This document shows positions 30,222 through 41,025 of a stretch of DNA of 64,000 bases, in pieces (the first letter of the stretch is position 1; the number at the start of each line of letters is the position of its first letter). The DNA is from Alphaproteobacteria bacterium (GTDB lineage: Bacteria > Pseudomonadota > Alphaproteobacteria > SHVV01): the NCBI GenBank assembly GCA_965261735.1, contig OZ253470.1, positions 1,056,001 through 1,120,000 on the forward strand. Direction: 5' to 3'. The notes below the pieces were generated by a model that was not told the origin of the DNA, made no database searches, and saw nothing but the letters and a program-made list of their open reading frames with translations. The position numbers and the translations under genes are program-made.

Positions 30222-31125
30222 TCATAGTGCTTTTCCTCCAAATGGCAGTTTGAACCCCGGCCATGCCCGCAGTTCGTAGCCTTCCGCGGCGCGTTGCTTG
30301 CGGATGACGAACGGGTTGGGATCCGCGAGATAGCGGGAGTCCTCCCGCCGCCAGTAGCGGGCGTGGTGGAGATGCAGCGCGTCGCGCGGCATGTCCTTGG
30401 GCGAGGCGATGACGTATTGGCGGTCGGGGCCAAGGGTCATGAGTTCGTCGGGCGTTATCAACCGCTCGCGCACCAGGGCGCGGGAATCGCCGGCCTGCCA
30501 TTGCGTGTTGGCGGTGACGATGCGGTTCTCGGCAATGGTGCCGAAACGGTTCTCGGTCCGGGCCTCGAAAGTAGCGGTGCCGATAGCCTTGGAGAGTTCC
30601 TCCGCACCCTCGGCGTCCGTGCGCGGGAAGCCCAGGATCTGGACCAGTTCGGCCAGATGCAGGAGGGTCTTGCGGTGCTCCTTGCCCCAGGTGGAATCGA
30701 GTGCCGAGATCGACTGGGCGAAGCACCAGAAGTGGACGCCCTTGCCGGCGGCCATGGTGTAACCGTCCATGACCGGCTTGAGGTAGCCGAGCCGCGGCAT
30801 CTCGTCGATGACGATCAGCAGGTCGCGCTCAAGCGGCTATACCAGCGACGGCGTTGGGGATGGCGACCCACAGGCGCAGCCAGCCCTTGACGTGCTCGAT
30901 GGTCTCCTCGGGCGCGACCACGAAGAGGTCGGTCTTGCCGCCGGCCAGGATCAGGGGATCGAAGCTGGACTCTTGCGTGTGGGCAAGCAGTTCGGGGAAG
31001 TTCAGGAAGGCGAGCTGGTTGGCGATAGTCATGAAATTGCTGCCACCTTCGTCATCGCCAACCTGGGTCTGACGCTGGACCGCGATATGGGTCAGCCCGC
31101 CGGCGAAGGGCTCCATGGATGTCAC
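30222..31125 (-). pseudogene. Type IV coupling protein TraG/VirD4, C-terminal part, frameshifted and truncated
   Basis: LLIVIDEMPRLGYL, FWCFAQSISAL, EELSKAIG, RERLITPDEL; the upstream portion is in another frame. Confidence 0.8.
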
Positions 31126-32596
31126 GGGTGTGGGTCTGGTATGGAGAATCTAAGTCATTGATTTAGTGCGTTTTTGTGTCGAGACGAACGGCCGAAAACG
31201 GCTATTCGTGACAATGGGCCGCTCCAAGGCAGGATTTTGTCACGACGGCAGGGTCGAGCAGGGGAAGGTGGGAACGCTCCGCACCGCCAGAAGCGGTACG
31301 ATGCCGTGTCTCGAAACCCAACATCGGGAGCATTCCCATGGCAGTATCCCGCCTCCGGCGCCTTCGTCCATCGATCTTTCCGGCCTGCCTCCTCGGGTCG
31401 TCGAGGCGGCCGCCCGGGTGCTCGCACTGTGTCGCGAGGAGCTTCGTTCCGAGCCGCGCCCCGAGGCACCCGAGGAGGTCGAGTTGCGGGTGCGTGAGGC
31501 CACGAACGAGTTCGCTCGCGATGTCATGGGCGCCGTCATCGAGAACCGGGACGATGGCGCTTCCCGGATCGAGCGGGACGGGCAGAGCTGGTTCCGGGTC
31601 GCGGTGACGCCGAAGACGATCATGACCTCGCTCGGTCCGGTGACCTACCGGCGAGCGCGTTACCGCAGCGGCGCGAGCGGGGCATCGCCGGTGCCGGTCG
31701 ACGAGAGCCTGGGCCTCGTCGACGATTACCTGACGCGGCCGGCGGCCGAGCTCGGTCTGCTGATGATGGGTCGCTGCACGGCCCGGGAAGCGGCGGCGTT
31801 CTTTGCGAAGACCGGCGCCATGACGCCGTCGGTGAGCGCCTGACCCTGAGCATGCACGAATGCTGGGAGAGCCTCGGCCCGGAGACGCTGGGCAGCATCC
31901 GTGAGGCCGAGGGCATACCGCAGGACGCGACCACCGCCTCGGTCTCCCTCGACGGCGTCATGGTGTCGCTGAGACCCGGCGAGGACGGTCGCGCCAAGGC
32001 CTCCTGGCGCGAGGCCGCCTGCGGCACGGTCTCCTTCCACGACGCCGAGGGCAAGCGCCTGAAGACCCTCTATCTCGGCCCCATGCCGGAGAGCGGCAAG
32101 CTCACGCTGAAGGCGCAGCTTGCAAGCGAAGTCGCACACATCAGGCGAGCACGCCCCGAGATCGGGATCGTCGCTATCGCCGATGGCGCCGCCGACAACT
32201 GGACCTTCCTGGAGACCCTGTCGCCCGAAACCGAGGTGATCGACTTCTGGCATGCTTGCGAACATCTGCAAACCGCGTCCGACCATGCCGTGGCGCCCGG
32301 CTGGTTCGAGAAGTACCGCGAGATCCTCCGTCACGATCCCCGTGGCGTCGCCAAGGTGATCCGGGCGCTGCGCCACCTTCGCGATGCCGCCGCTGCGCCG
32401 GACCGGGCCGAGACCGAGCGGGAACTCGCCTTCTTCCGCAAGCATCGCCATCGCATGCGCTACCACGCCCTGAAGGAAGAGGGCATCGCCATCGGCTCAG
32501 GCGTGGTCGAGGCTGCCAACAAGATCCCTGGTGACACAGCGCATGAAGCGCTCCGGCATGCGCTGGCGGATCGTCGGCGGACAGGCTGTTCTGACC
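31126..32596 (+). mobile_element. ISKra4-like (UPF0236/Mutator-related DDE) element, degenerate and 3'-truncated
   Basis: SLDGVMV, IADGAADNW, IDFWHACEHL, IGSGVVEAANK; breaks near 31841 and 32526; exact IHF-consensus match at 31151-31163. The left boundary is approximate. Confidence 0.8.
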
Positions 32597-32705
32597 TTGC
32601 TCGGCATCGCGGGCGACACCTCTGCTCCAACCTATGCCGAGCTTTACTCGGGAGAGTGGCGGCACCCTACATGTAGCGGTCATGGGCGTTAACCGGATAG
32701 GCAAG
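32597..32705 (+). mobile_element. IS1595 copy 4, right-end remnant
   Basis: Matches the last ~109 bp of the element, ending ccggataggcaag. Confidence 0.93.
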
Positions 32706-32769
32706 AATCATGCCTCTGCGCATGTTGGCGCGCGTCTGCCGCCGAAGGTCAGCTTTATATTAATATTAA

Positions 32770-34109
32770 AGGCGAGTCTTGGATTCTGGAAATGGAGCGG
32801 CCCCTCACCGAAGTCGGCGACTGGTCCGAGGAGATGTCCTTCACCAGCAAGGACGGGAGCGAGGGCATCTGCGAAATGCATGTGTCGCCGCTCTTCGACG
32901 ACAATGGGCACATCACGGCGTGGGTCGGGGTCAATCGCGACATCACCGACCGCAAGCAAATGATGGAACAACTCACCCAGGCGCGCAAAAATGGACGCTC
33001 TCGGGCGCCTGACCGGCGGGGTCGCGCACGACTTCAACAACCTGCTCACCGTCATCGACGGATTCTCCAAGATGGCGCTGCGCAAGACGAGCGATGTAGA
33101 GCGCGTCGAGAGTTGCCTCGGCGAAGTCATCAAGGCGTCGGAGAAGGCGGCGCGCTTGACCAGTCAGCTCCTCGCGTTCAGCCGCAAACAGGTGCTCGAG
33201 CCCAGGGTCGTCAACCTCGAGGCCCTGGTTCGCGAGCTCGAGAGCCTGCTCGAGCCGCTCTTGGGAGAGACGATCAACCTTAGGATCAAGATCTCGGACG
33301 AGGACATTTGGGTCGAGGTCGATCCGAGCCAGCTCTCTCAAGCGATCATGAATCTAGCCATCAACTCGCGCGACGCGATGCCGCGCGGCGGCCTCCTGCT
33401 GATCGAGGTTGACTCGAGCGAGGTCGATGAGGCGCGCGCGGAAACGGCCGGTGTCATACCCGGCACCTATGCCTCGGTCACGGTCAAGGACGGCGGCGTG
33501 GGAATGGACGAGGCCACGCTGAAGAACATTTTCGAGCCGTTCTTTACGACCAAGGAACCGGGGCGCGGGACCGGGCTCGGGCTGTCTATGGTGTACGGCA
33601 TGGTCAAGCAATCGAGGGGATTCCTCGACATCGAAAGTGCGCCCGGACGGGGCACCGCAGCCGCCATCTACCTGCGCCGCGTCGATCGCCAACCCGAGAT
33701 CGGCGAAGAAGGTCCCGCGCTCGACCCCGGCAGCGGCAACGCCGAAACCATCCTCATCGTCGAGGACGAGGACGCAGTCCGCGAGCTCGCGAAAATGACG
33801 CTCGAGGAGATGGGCTACGACGTTCTCACCGCCTGCAATGGCGGCGACGCCATCGAGATCCACAAGGCCTACACAGGCCGCATCGACCTACTCCTCACCG
33901 ACATCGTCATGCCGGGCTGGGGCGGCCCCGAGGTCGCCCGCTCGGTGACGGAGGATCGCCCCGATACCAAGGTCATCTACATGTCGGGCTATCCGTCGCG
34001 CGGCCGATTGCATCGTTACGAGATAGGCCCGGAAGTGCCCTTCGTTCAAAAGCCCTTCGACCCCACGAACTTGGGTCGCATGGTGCGCCAGCTCCTCCTC
34101 GACGGATGA
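32770..34109 (+). pseudogene. PAS-containing hybrid histidine kinase (CckA-like), 5'-truncated, with a frameshift near 32990
   Basis: PAC segment ...RDITDRKQ in one frame; GGVAHDFNNLL, NLAINSRDAM, FEPFFTTK, GTGLGL and a receiver domain in the next. Confidence 0.85.
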
Positions 34110-34194
34110 AGCCGGGTCGTCGAATCGGGGGCGGGCTTGGTCGGGCGCCGGGCGCCGCCGCGGCCCCTGGCCCCCGCCCTTAGGCAGCCACGAG

Positions 34195-34593
34195 ATGAGC
34201 GCCGTCGAAGATCTGAAGATTCTGGTGGTCGAGGACAACCTCCAGGCGCGCACCATGATCCGTATGATCTGCAAGGAGCTCGGCATCAACCAGGTCTTCA
34301 CCGCCAACGACGGCAAGGAAGCACTCGACTTTCTCGGCGCTTGCGACGACCTCGTTGACATCATCATTTGCGACTGGAACATGCCGCGGCTCACCGGTCT
34401 CGAGCTCTTGCATCAGGTCCGGACGGCCGATCCCGACATGCCCTTCCTCATGCTCACGGGGCTCGCCGACATGGACTCCGTCGTCGCCGCCAGGGAGGGC
34501 GGCGTGAGCGGCTATCTGCGCAAGCCCTTCTCGCCCGAGCAGCTCGAGGCCAAGTTGCGCTTCCTCGCCGAGGGGATCGGGGCCGCGGCCTAA
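34195..34593 (+). CDS. Single-domain response regulator (CheY-like)
   Basis: ILVVEDN, IICDWNMP, MLT, KPF. Confidence 0.92.
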   Translation: MSAVEDLKILVVEDNLQARTMIRMICKELGINQVFTANDGKEALDFLGACDDLVDIIICDWNMPRLTGLELLHQVRTADPDMPFLMLTGLADMDSVVAAREGGVSGYLRKPFSPEQLEAKLRFLAEGIGAAA

Positions 34594-35708
34594 GCCGCAA
34601 GCGCCTCCAGGGCTGGCGTGTAGGTCTCGCCAAGATCGCGGGCGACGGCCTCATACGTGATCCGCCCGCGGCATACGTTCAGGCCGTTGCGCAGGTGCGC
34701 GTCCTCCTTCAGGGCCTGCTCGTATCCCTTGTCGGCGAGCGCGAGCACAAAGGGCAGAGTGGCGTTGTTGAGCGCCTGCGTCGCCGTGCGGGCCGCCGCT
34801 CCGGGCATATTGGTCACGCAGTAGTGGACGACGCCATCGACGATATAGGTCGGATCATCGTGGGTCGTAGGCCGGCTGGTCTCTGAGCAGCCGCCCTGGT
34901 CGATCGACACGTCGACGAACACCGAACCCCGCTTCATCGACTTCACCATGTGCTGGGTGATGACCTTGGGCGCGCTGGCCCCCGGCACGAGTACGGCACC
35001 GATCACGAGATCGGCGAGCAGGAGGTGGTGCTCGAGGGAGTCGACGGTGGAATAGATCGTGTTCAGCGTGGGGCCAAACTGCATGTCGAGCTCGTAGAGC
35101 CGATCGAGCGACTGGTCGATGACCGTCACGCGCGCTTCCATACCCATCGCCATGCGAGCGGCGTTGGTGCCGACGACGCCACCACCGAGGATCACGACGT
35201 CGGCCGCAGGCACGCCGGGAACGCCGCCGAGCAGCATGCCCCGGCCGCCCTGCAGCATCTCCAGGCAGTGGGCGCCGACATGGATCGACATGCGCCCCGC
35301 CACTTCGCTCATCGGCGCCAGCAGCGGCAAGCCTCCCCTCGAATCGGTGACCGTCTCGTAGGCGATGGCAATGGCTCCGGATTCGCGCAAGCCGCGCGCC
35401 TGCACGGGGTCCGGCGCCAAATGCAGGTAGGTGAAGAGGACTTGCCCCTCGCGCAGCATCTTGCATTCGTCGGGGCTCGGCTCCTTGACCTTCGTGATCA
35501 TGTCCGCGGCGCCGAAAATGACGTCTGGCGTCATCGCAATCTCGGCGCCCGCCTTGACGTAGGAATCGTCGTGAAAGCCGATCGCGGCGCCGCAGGCGTG
35601 CTGCACCACGACGCGGTGACCGTGGTGCACGGCCTCACGCACACTGGCCGGGGTCATGCCCACCCGGCTTTCGTGCGCCTTGGTTTCTCTCGGAACGCCG
35701 ATCAGCAT
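34590..35708 (-). CDS. ald: Alanine dehydrogenase
   Basis: IGVPRETK..E.RV, KVKEP, FTYLHLA, PMSEVAGR, SIDQGGC, HYCVTNMPG. Confidence 0.96.
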   Translation of the reverse strand: MLIGVPRETKAHESRVGMTPASVREAVHHGHRVVVQHACGAAIGFHDDSYVKAGAEIAMTPDVIFGAADMITKVKEPSPDECKMLREGQVLFTYLHLAPDPVQARGLRESGAIAIAYETVTDSRGGLPLLAPMSEVAGRMSIHVGAHCLEMLQGGRGMLLGGVPGVPAADVVILGGGVVGTNAARMAMGMEARVTVIDQSLDRLYELDMQFGPTLNTIYSTVDSLEHHLLLADLVIGAVLVPGASAPKVITQHMVKSMKRGSVFVDVSIDQGGCSETSRPTTHDDPTYIVDGVVHYCVTNMPGAAARTATQALNNATLPFVLALADKGYEQALKEDAHLRNGLNVCRGRITYEAVARDLGETYTPALEALAA

Positions 35709-35748
35709 GTGTGCTTCTCCGTTGCGCCAGAGCGGGTGCCCGCCGGGC

Positions 35749-37071
35749 TCAGGCGATCTCCCTCAAGACCGCGCCGATCGTCTCGAAGAGACGCCCGATC
35801 TCCTCGGCCTCGATGATGAGCGGGGGCGATACTGCGATGGTGTCGCCGGTGGTACGGATCAGGACGCCCTGGTCGAAGCAGCGGGCGAACGCCTCGACGG
35901 CGCGCGCCGTCGGCTGGCCCGGGCGCGGCGCCAGCTCGATGCCCGCGACCATTCCGATATTGCGGACGTCGATGACGTGGGGGGCGCCGGCGAGGCTGTG
36001 GGCGGCTTCCTCGAACACCGGCTCGAGCGCGCTCGCGCGGGCGAACAGACCCTCTTCCGCGTAGACGTCGAGCGCGGCCAGACCGGCCGCGCAGGCGAGC
36101 GGGTGGCCCGAATAGGTGTAGCCGTGAAAGAGCTCGATGGCGCCATCGGCGGCGGCCGCCGTGACGGCGTCGTAAATGCCCGCCCGCGCCGCAACGGCTC
36201 CCATCGGCACCGTCGCGTTGGTGAGCCCCTTGGCACAGGTGAGGATATCGGGAACGACACCGAAACGCTCGGCCGCAAAGCTCGCGCCGAGGCGGCCGAA
36301 CCCGGTGATCACCTCATCGAAGATCAGCAGGATGCCATGGCGGTCGCAAATCTCGCGAAGTCGCTCGAGGTATCCCTTGGGCGGCACCAGCACACCGGTC
36401 GACCCGGCTATGGGCTCGACGATGACCGCGGCGATCGTGGAGGCGTCGTGCAGCACGACCAGGTGCTCGAGGTCGTCGGCCAGGTGCGCACCCCATGCCG
36501 GCTCGCCGCGGGAGAAGGCGTTCTCTTCCAGATTGTGCGTGTGGCTCAGGTGATCGACGCCGTTCAAGAGCGGGCCGAAGGCCTTGCGGTTGGCGGCAAT
36601 TCCGCCGACCGAGATGCCCCCGAAGCCGACCCCGTGATAGCCGCGCTCGCGGCCGATGAGCCGCCGCCGCGAGCTGTCGCCGCGCGCCACGTGGTAGGCG
36701 AGGGCGATCTTCAGGGCGGTATCGACGGCTTCCGAGCCCGAGTTGGTGAAGAACACATGGTCGAGGTCGCCCGGGAGAACGGTGGCGAGGCGGGATGCGA
36801 GCTCGAAGGCGCCGGGGTGGCCCAACTGGAAGGCCGGGGCGTAGTCGAGCTGCCCGACCTGCGCGCGCACAGCGTCGACGATTCGTTCCCGGCAATGGCC
36901 CGCATTGACGCACCACAACCCCGCCGTGCCATCCAAGATCTGGCGCCCGTCGGCGCTCGTGAAGTACATGCCCTTGGCCGCGACGAGGAGGCGTGGCGCC
37001 GCCTTGAACGCCCGATTCGCGGTGAACGGCATCCAATAGGCTTCGAGGTTGTTGGTGGCGGCGTGAGCCAT
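35749..37071 (-). CDS. Omega-amino acid:pyruvate aminotransferase (class III)
   Basis: WMPFTANRAFK, GLWCVNAGH, FDEVITGFGR, AKG, HGYTYSGHP. Confidence 0.93.
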   Translation of the reverse strand: MAHAATNNLEAYWMPFTANRAFKAAPRLLVAAKGMYFTSADGRQILDGTAGLWCVNAGHCRERIVDAVRAQVGQLDYAPAFQLGHPGAFELASRLATVLPGDLDHVFFTNSGSEAVDTALKIALAYHVARGDSSRRRLIGRERGYHGVGFGGISVGGIAANRKAFGPLLNGVDHLSHTHNLEENAFSRGEPAWGAHLADDLEHLVVLHDASTIAAVIVEPIAGSTGVLVPPKGYLERLREICDRHGILLIFDEVITGFGRLGASFAAERFGVVPDILTCAKGLTNATVPMGAVAARAGIYDAVTAAAADGAIELFHGYTYSGHPLACAAGLAALDVYAEEGLFARASALEPVFEEAAHSLAGAPHVIDVRNIGMVAGIELAPRPGQPTARAVEAFARCFDQGVLIRTTGDTIAVSPPLIIEAEEIGRLFETIGAVLREIA

Positions 37072-37163
37072 TTCGGCCCCGCTGGTCATCTCGCCCCTCC
37101 GTGATCCTCAGGCAAGGCGCGACCCTATCAGAATTCGCCACCGCGCGGCAGCGCGCCGGCGGG

Positions 37164-39482
37164 CTAGGACGACGGTTCGGCGAAATAAAGCGTGACCGGG
37201 CCTTCGACGCCCTTGAGGTCGAACGCGCCGCCCTCCTCGAAGCGCACGTTCTGGCCGGCGCAGAGTTCGCGCACGACGTTGGAGGTCATGACCCGCCCCG
37301 CTTGGCCCTTGTCGCAGATTCGCGCCGCGAGCTGGACCGTGGTGCCGAAGAGGTCATCGTCTTCCTTGATCGGCGTTCCCGAATTGATGCCGATTCGCAC
37401 GTTGACGGGGAGCTCGGGATGGGCCGAGTTGTGGGCCGCGAGGCCGGCTTGCATCTCGAGGGATCCGGTCACGGCGTTCGCGGTGGAGTCGAATCGGGCC
37501 ATGATGCCATCGCCCGTGTGCTTTACCTCGAAGCCGTTGTGGCGCTTTAGCACGGCCCTCACAATCTGATTGTGGGTGCGGACGACCTCCTGGGCTCCGG
37601 CGTCACCGCGCTCCTGCGTCATCGCCGTCGAGCCGACGAGATCGGTGAACATGACAGCGACCAGATCACTGCCCGATCCGGCCTCGGCGGCCGGCTTCTT
37701 CCAGACCTCCAGCGCGCGCTCGAGCTCCGCCGCCGCGTCCCCGCCACCGTCTGCTAGGTGTGTGGTCAGGGCCGTGCCCCCGGCGCGAAACATCTCGGCG
37801 TATTTGGGCTCTAGCAGGTACTCCTCGTAGCGCTTGCTAAAGGTCTTGGCCATCTCGGGCTTGGAGCCCAGAACGGCGACGCACTTACCGAGAAGTTCCG
37901 CGAACTGGCGCTTGCCGAGCCGACCTTCGCGCGCACAGGCCTCGGCGGCGCCAGCGAGGAACAGGTGGCACCCGAACTTGTTGAAACCTTGCCTATCCGG
38001 TTAACGCCCATGACCGCTACATGTAGGGTGCCACCACTCTCCCGAGTAAAGCTCGGCATAGGTTGGAGCAGAGGTGTCGCCCGCGATGCCGAGCAATGAG
38101 CGGAAGGCGTTGAACGGGTAGAACCGCCTGTTGAAGCGGAAGGTGAACTCGTTGAGGTAGGCTTGTAGGTGCTGGTGGCTAACGCCGTGGTGGATACCGA
38201 TCAGCCACGTCTTCAGGTTGGCGAAAACCAGATGGATGATCGGCAGGTATTGCTCGGCAACCTCTGGATCACCACACTCGGCAACAGCGAAGTGCTCATA
38301 GCCGCGCTTCCCGAGGCCAGCATAGCCGCTCCAATCGTCAGTAACGATCAGCGATCGCGGCGCGACGGTGCTCTCGACGAACCCACAGAGCGACTCGGCG
38401 CTACGGTCGAGCACGACGGCGAGCCGAACGCGTCCGGCATAGCGTCCGTCTTTCCGGTTGTCGAGCTTGGTGCCCGGCTTTCGATGACGCACCTCGATGG
38501 CACAGGAGACGGGAACCTTGTGGTGAACACCACGGCCTTCCCCACGCGTTCGCCCGCCAACCCAGGTTTCGTCCACCTCAACATGGTTCTTGGGCTGTCC
38601 ACCGATCCTGTCTTGGTTGGGCCGCACCATGCCCGAGCGGAGCTTGTGGAGAATTTGAAAGGCCGTCTCGTAGCGCGAAAGACCAAGTTGCCGCTGAAAC
38701 TGCACGGCGGACATGCCGGGCGTCTGACTGGCGACCAGATAAGCGGCCCAGAACCAGACGTTCAGCGGAGTGTGGCTACGCTCCATCACTGTTCCCACCG
38801 TCAGCCCGGTGTTCTGGCGGCACTTGCGGCAGCGCAGGACGCCAGGGCGGTTTTCAAAGTGGAACGGCTCTCCCGCCGTGCCGCAGTGCGGGCAGGCAAA
38901 GCCGTCTCCCCAGCGGGCTTTCTCCAGGTAGGCGGCGCAGGCCGCATCATCGGGGAAAAGTCGCTGGAACTCGGGTAGCGAATGCGGGAATGGGAGATCG
39001 GCGCGGTCGAGAACATCCATGGCGCGCTCCCCTATATCCGGGTTGCGCCCATTCTAGCCCTAGTGGGTGTGGGTGTAAACCGGATAGGCAAGGTTGAAAC
39101 TATCGAGCTTGAAGCCGTCGGTCGCGAGTCCGGCAATCGCCTCCTCGAGGAATTTCATCATAGAAACTCGCGAATCGCGAAACTCATCCTCAGTGGCCGC
39201 GGTGGTCTCGTCCTCCTCCTCATCGTCGTCCATGTCGTCGTAGGGATTGTCGGCTTCGGCGCCACCGTCGCCGTCGAGCTTTATCTCGATCGTGTCGGCG
39301 AGACTCTGGCTCGCCTCAGGTTGCGCGGCGGCCGCCTCTGCCTGAGGCGGCTCCGGCGGCTTTCCCTCGGAAGCGTTGAGGATGGCAAACTCGGAGGGCT
39401 TGATGAAGATCTTGCCGAGCGTGTAGGCGCAGGCCACGAACGACACGGCAAATACGATCCCATTAAGGATAACCGGGTTCAT
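37164..39482 (-). pseudogene. Membrane-anchored class III adenylate/guanylate cyclase interrupted by IS1595
   Basis: The frame continues ...KLDSFN|KFGCHL... once the IS is removed; MFTDLVGST, KHTGDG, DLFGTTVQLAAR. Confidence 0.88.
37988..39092 (-). mobile_element. IS1595 copy 5, complete (transposase 38001-39020)
   Basis: Intact terminal repeats; duplication gttgaaac at 37980-37987 and 39093-39100. Confidence 0.96.
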
Positions 39483-39584
39483 GTCGTCCTGCGGCGCGGC
39501 TCAAGGCGACGACTTGACCTCGTACGGCGTGTCATGATGGCAGCGCCGCTCCGTCTCCCGGGCACGCCCTCTTGCGGCGTCGCC

Positions 39585-40010
39585 TCAAAGCGTGAACCGG
39601 GTGTACATAAACGTCGTGGCCGCGGCGAAGCCAAAGCTCACGACGGCGATAACGACCACCTTGTAGAAGAGGACCGCCCCGGGGCGGGCCAACACGCGCG
39701 GCGGGCCCGGCGCCTTCTTCGATCCGCGACGCGACCGGCGTACCGGCCGCTCGTCCTCCTCCTCATCGCCATCATCGTCGAAGACGGACCCGCCGACGCC
39801 GCTCGGCCCGCCATATCCCGAGTCATCCCCGTCGTCATCGTCGGCGCTGAAGCGCGGCTCACCTCCGCCTCCACCTCCGCCGCCGCTGCCGCCGCTACCA
39901 GCCTTCTGACTGTCGTAGACGACCTCGCCTTCGACACGGTAGCGCATCCGGCGTCGCGGGTGGGGTTTGGGGCGCTGGGCACGCCTCGCGAGCGCGTGCC
40001 GCTCCGTCAC
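39585..40010 (-). CDS. Hypothetical low-complexity (Gly/Asp-rich) protein with C-terminal transmembrane helix
   Basis: GTGA overlap with the upstream stop; hydrophobic tail. Confidence 0.6.
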   Translation of the reverse strand: MTERHALARRAQRPKPHPRRRMRYRVEGEVVYDSQKAGSGGSGGGGGGGGEPRFSADDDDGDDSGYGGPSGVGGSVFDDDGDEEEDERPVRRSRRGSKKAPGPPRVLARPGAVLFYKVVVIAVVSFGFAAATTFMYTRFTL

Positions 40011-40951
40011 GCTACGCGGTGCAGCAGCGCCTCGTTGCGCTCCTGGCGCCGGCAATTCTCGACCGCAATGCCGAGGCTCCGCTCCAGCGTCTCGGGGGTG
40101 AGCCAGGCGACATGGGGCATGAGCACCACGTTATCGAGAGCGAACAGTGGATTGTCGGGCTCCAGGGGCTCGCGGGCAAAGACGTCGAGCCCCGCGGCTC
40201 CGAGCCGCCGTTCGCCGAGCCCGGCGACAAGGGCGGCCTCGTCGACGAGCCCACCGCGCGCGGTATTGATCAGGATGGCGCCCGGCTTCATCCGGGCGAT
40301 AGCGGCACCATCGATGAGGTTCTCGGTCTCGGGCGTCAGGGGCAGGTGTAGCGATACGATATCGGCTTCGGCCAGGAGGTCCTCCAGGGGCCGCCATTCG
40401 GCGCCGGCCCGTGTCTCCCTCGACCTCGAATGATAGAGGACACGGGCGCCCAGACCTTCCAGCATGGGCGTGAGCGCCTTGCCCACCGCCCCGTAGCCCA
40501 CCAGCCCGACGGTGCGCCCACCCATCTCGCCGAGCTCATCGAACAGGGCAGCATCCATGGCCCAGCCGGCCCCGGCGCGGCACGCGCGGTCGTAGAGCGG
40601 CAGCCGGCGCAAGGCCGCTAGCATGAGCAGGAGCGCACTCTCGGCCACGGCACGGCTGTTGGTGCCCGGCATGTTGGCTACCTGTATGCCGCGCCCCCGC
40701 GCCGCCTCCAAGTCGATCGTGTTGACACCAACGCCGATCTTCTGGATAAGGCGCAGGCGCGGCGAGCGTTCGATCACCTCGGCCGTGGCCGGTCGCAGCA
40801 CGTGAAACAACACCTCGGCCTTCGCCATCAGCTCCAGGAATCGCCGTTCATCGAGCTCCGCACACGGCGTGATATTGAGCCCCTCGGTCGAGAGCTCGTC
40901 GAGCCGACTGCGAAGGCCCGGACTGGCATCGTATTGAAGGACGACTTCCAT
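40007..40951 (-). CDS. D-isomer-specific 2-hydroxyacid dehydrogenase
   Basis: GVGVNTID, VGYGAVG, HLPLTPET, INTARGG, GLDVFAREP, PHVA. Confidence 0.92.
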   Translation of the reverse strand: MEVVLQYDASPGLRSRLDELSTEGLNITPCAELDERRFLELMAKAEVLFHVLRPATAEVIERSPRLRLIQKIGVGVNTIDLEAARGRGIQVANMPGTNSRAVAESALLLMLAALRRLPLYDRACRAGAGWAMDAALFDELGEMGGRTVGLVGYGAVGKALTPMLEGLGARVLYHSRSRETRAGAEWRPLEDLLAEADIVSLHLPLTPETENLIDGAAIARMKPGAILINTARGGLVDEAALVAGLGERRLGAAGLDVFAREPLEPDNPLFALDNVVLMPHVAWLTPETLERSLGIAVENCRRQERNEALLHRVA

Positions 40952-41025
40952 CGATTGGACGTGCCGGCGCGCCGCGTTGATCGAGGGGGTGGCATATTAC
41001 CATGGGCCGGCGCGGGGGATAGCCG

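Noticed and set aside
38982-40433. 483-aa plus-strand ORF starting inside IS1595
   Set aside because: Antisense to three better-supported minus-strand genes; a GC-rich shadow ORF.
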